A DNA stretch of 64,000 nucleotides from Schmidtea polychroa. Its lineage: Eukaryota. The stretch is from contig CM097886.1 in NCBI GenBank assembly GCA_044892525.1, positions 183,074,312 through 183,138,311 on the forward strand. The letters are read 5' to 3'. The position numbers and the translations under genes are program-made. Position 1 is the first letter of the stretch; every line of letters starts with the position of its first letter. Shown here piece after piece: positions 62,898 through 64,000 of this stretch. Below the pieces are notes generated by a model. The model was not told where the DNA came from and did no database searches. It saw only the letters and a program-made list of their open reading frames with translations.

Positions 62898-63349
62898 NNN
62901 NNNNNNNNNNNNNNNNNNNNNNNNNNNNNNNNNNNNNNNNNNNNNNNNNNNNNNNNNNNNNNNNNNNNNNNNNNNNNNNNNNNNNNNNNNNNNNNNNNNN
63001 NNNNNNNNNNNNNNNNNNNNNNNNNNNNNNNNNNNNNNNNNNNNNNNNNNNNNNNNNNNNNNNNNNNNNNNNNNNNNNNNNNNNNNNNNNNNNNNNNNNN
63101 NNNNNNNNNNNNNNNNNNNNNNNNNNNNNNNNNNNNNNNNNNNNNNNNNNNNNNNNNNNNNNNNNNNNNNNNNNNNNNNNNNNNNNNNNNNNNNNNNNNN
63201 NNNNNNNNNNNNNNNNNNNNNNNNNNNNNNNNNNNNNNNNNNNNNNNNNNNNNNNNNNNNNNNNNNNNNNNNNNNNNNNNNNNNNNNNNNNNNNNNNNNN
63301 NNNNNNNNNNNNNNNNNNNNNNNNNNNNNNNNNNNNNNNNNNNNNNNNN
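62898..63349. other. Assembly gap (452 N)
   Basis: N run at the site orthologous to 29670-30080. Confidence 1.
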
Positions 63350-64000
63350 AAGAAATAGTTGATGCTTAGGATAAATTAAGGACCCTTGGTTATAGAGGAA
63401 ACCAAATTTATTCTAAAGGTTTTCAATGGGCATCCATTTATTCAATTTGATTATGGCAACATCAGTTCATGAAATTTGAATGATTTGTTGTTTAAATGAT
63501 ATTATAATATTATGATCATTTTATCATTTTATCGTATTATGCTCATAATATTAATTATCACAAGAGGTCAAAGGACACCTCGAGATTACCTTTGGCAGTT
63601 CATTCAAACAAATTGTAAGATGATGTCATCATTGAATTATTTATATAAATAATTGACATATAAATTGTCCATTGTTAATAAGATATTACCAATTATGAAG
63701 GGCACCCCTGAATCTGGCAATAATCAATAATTAGCTAGAAATTGTACTGAAACAATCAATCGGTTCCTTAAATAAATATTTACAATTCTTATTCAATAAA
63801 CAAAATTATTAAATTCATAATTTTATAATATTCAATATTAAATATATAATAAAAATAATTATTTTTAGCTTTGTTTATTAAAACAAAATAATGAAAGAAT
63901 TTGTGCAATAATAAATTGGTAACCATGGCAACACAATCCATGCAATAAAACAAATTATTTATTATGCAATAACTTAATCAAAAATATATAATAGCGATTC

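Larger units (their letters stand above)
30912..64000. repeat. Segmental duplication, unit 2 (at least 33 kb, runs off the window)
   Basis: Same gene and TE order as unit 1, plus a 960-bp and a 2400-bp insertion. 63351-64000 repeats the sequence starting at 30081. Confidence 0.93.

Overview
AT-rich eukaryotic genomic DNA with 40-55 bp GT-AG introns and four N gaps; I cannot identify the organism. The window is a head-to-tail segmental duplication: unit 1 is about 750-30,916 and unit 2 runs from about 30,912 past the window end. Each unit carries one minus-strand multi-exon gene that the ORF track shows only in fragments. I assembled it by hand as an ankyrin-repeat protein with a C-terminal C3HC4 RING finger (putative E3 ubiquitin ligase): 21 exons and about 892 aa in copy 1, 22 exons in copy 2. 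Most ankyrin repeats sit one per phase-0 exon. The two units are otherwise near-identical, but exons 2-5 differ at 18 nt, 17 of them in amino-acid-changing codons concentrated at the ankyrin target-binding positions. Copy 2 also gained a chimeric repeat exon and lost one splice acceptor. This looks like a diversifying ankyrin substrate-recognition module fused to a ubiquitin ligase. Three large introns and the upstream region hold decayed Gypsy, Penelope (with a minimal hammerhead ribozyme), hAT, Tc1/IS630 and piggyBac sequences, an actin pseudogene and a TRAF-type MATH fragment. The copies also record a TA-target MITE insertion and a hAT excision footprint.
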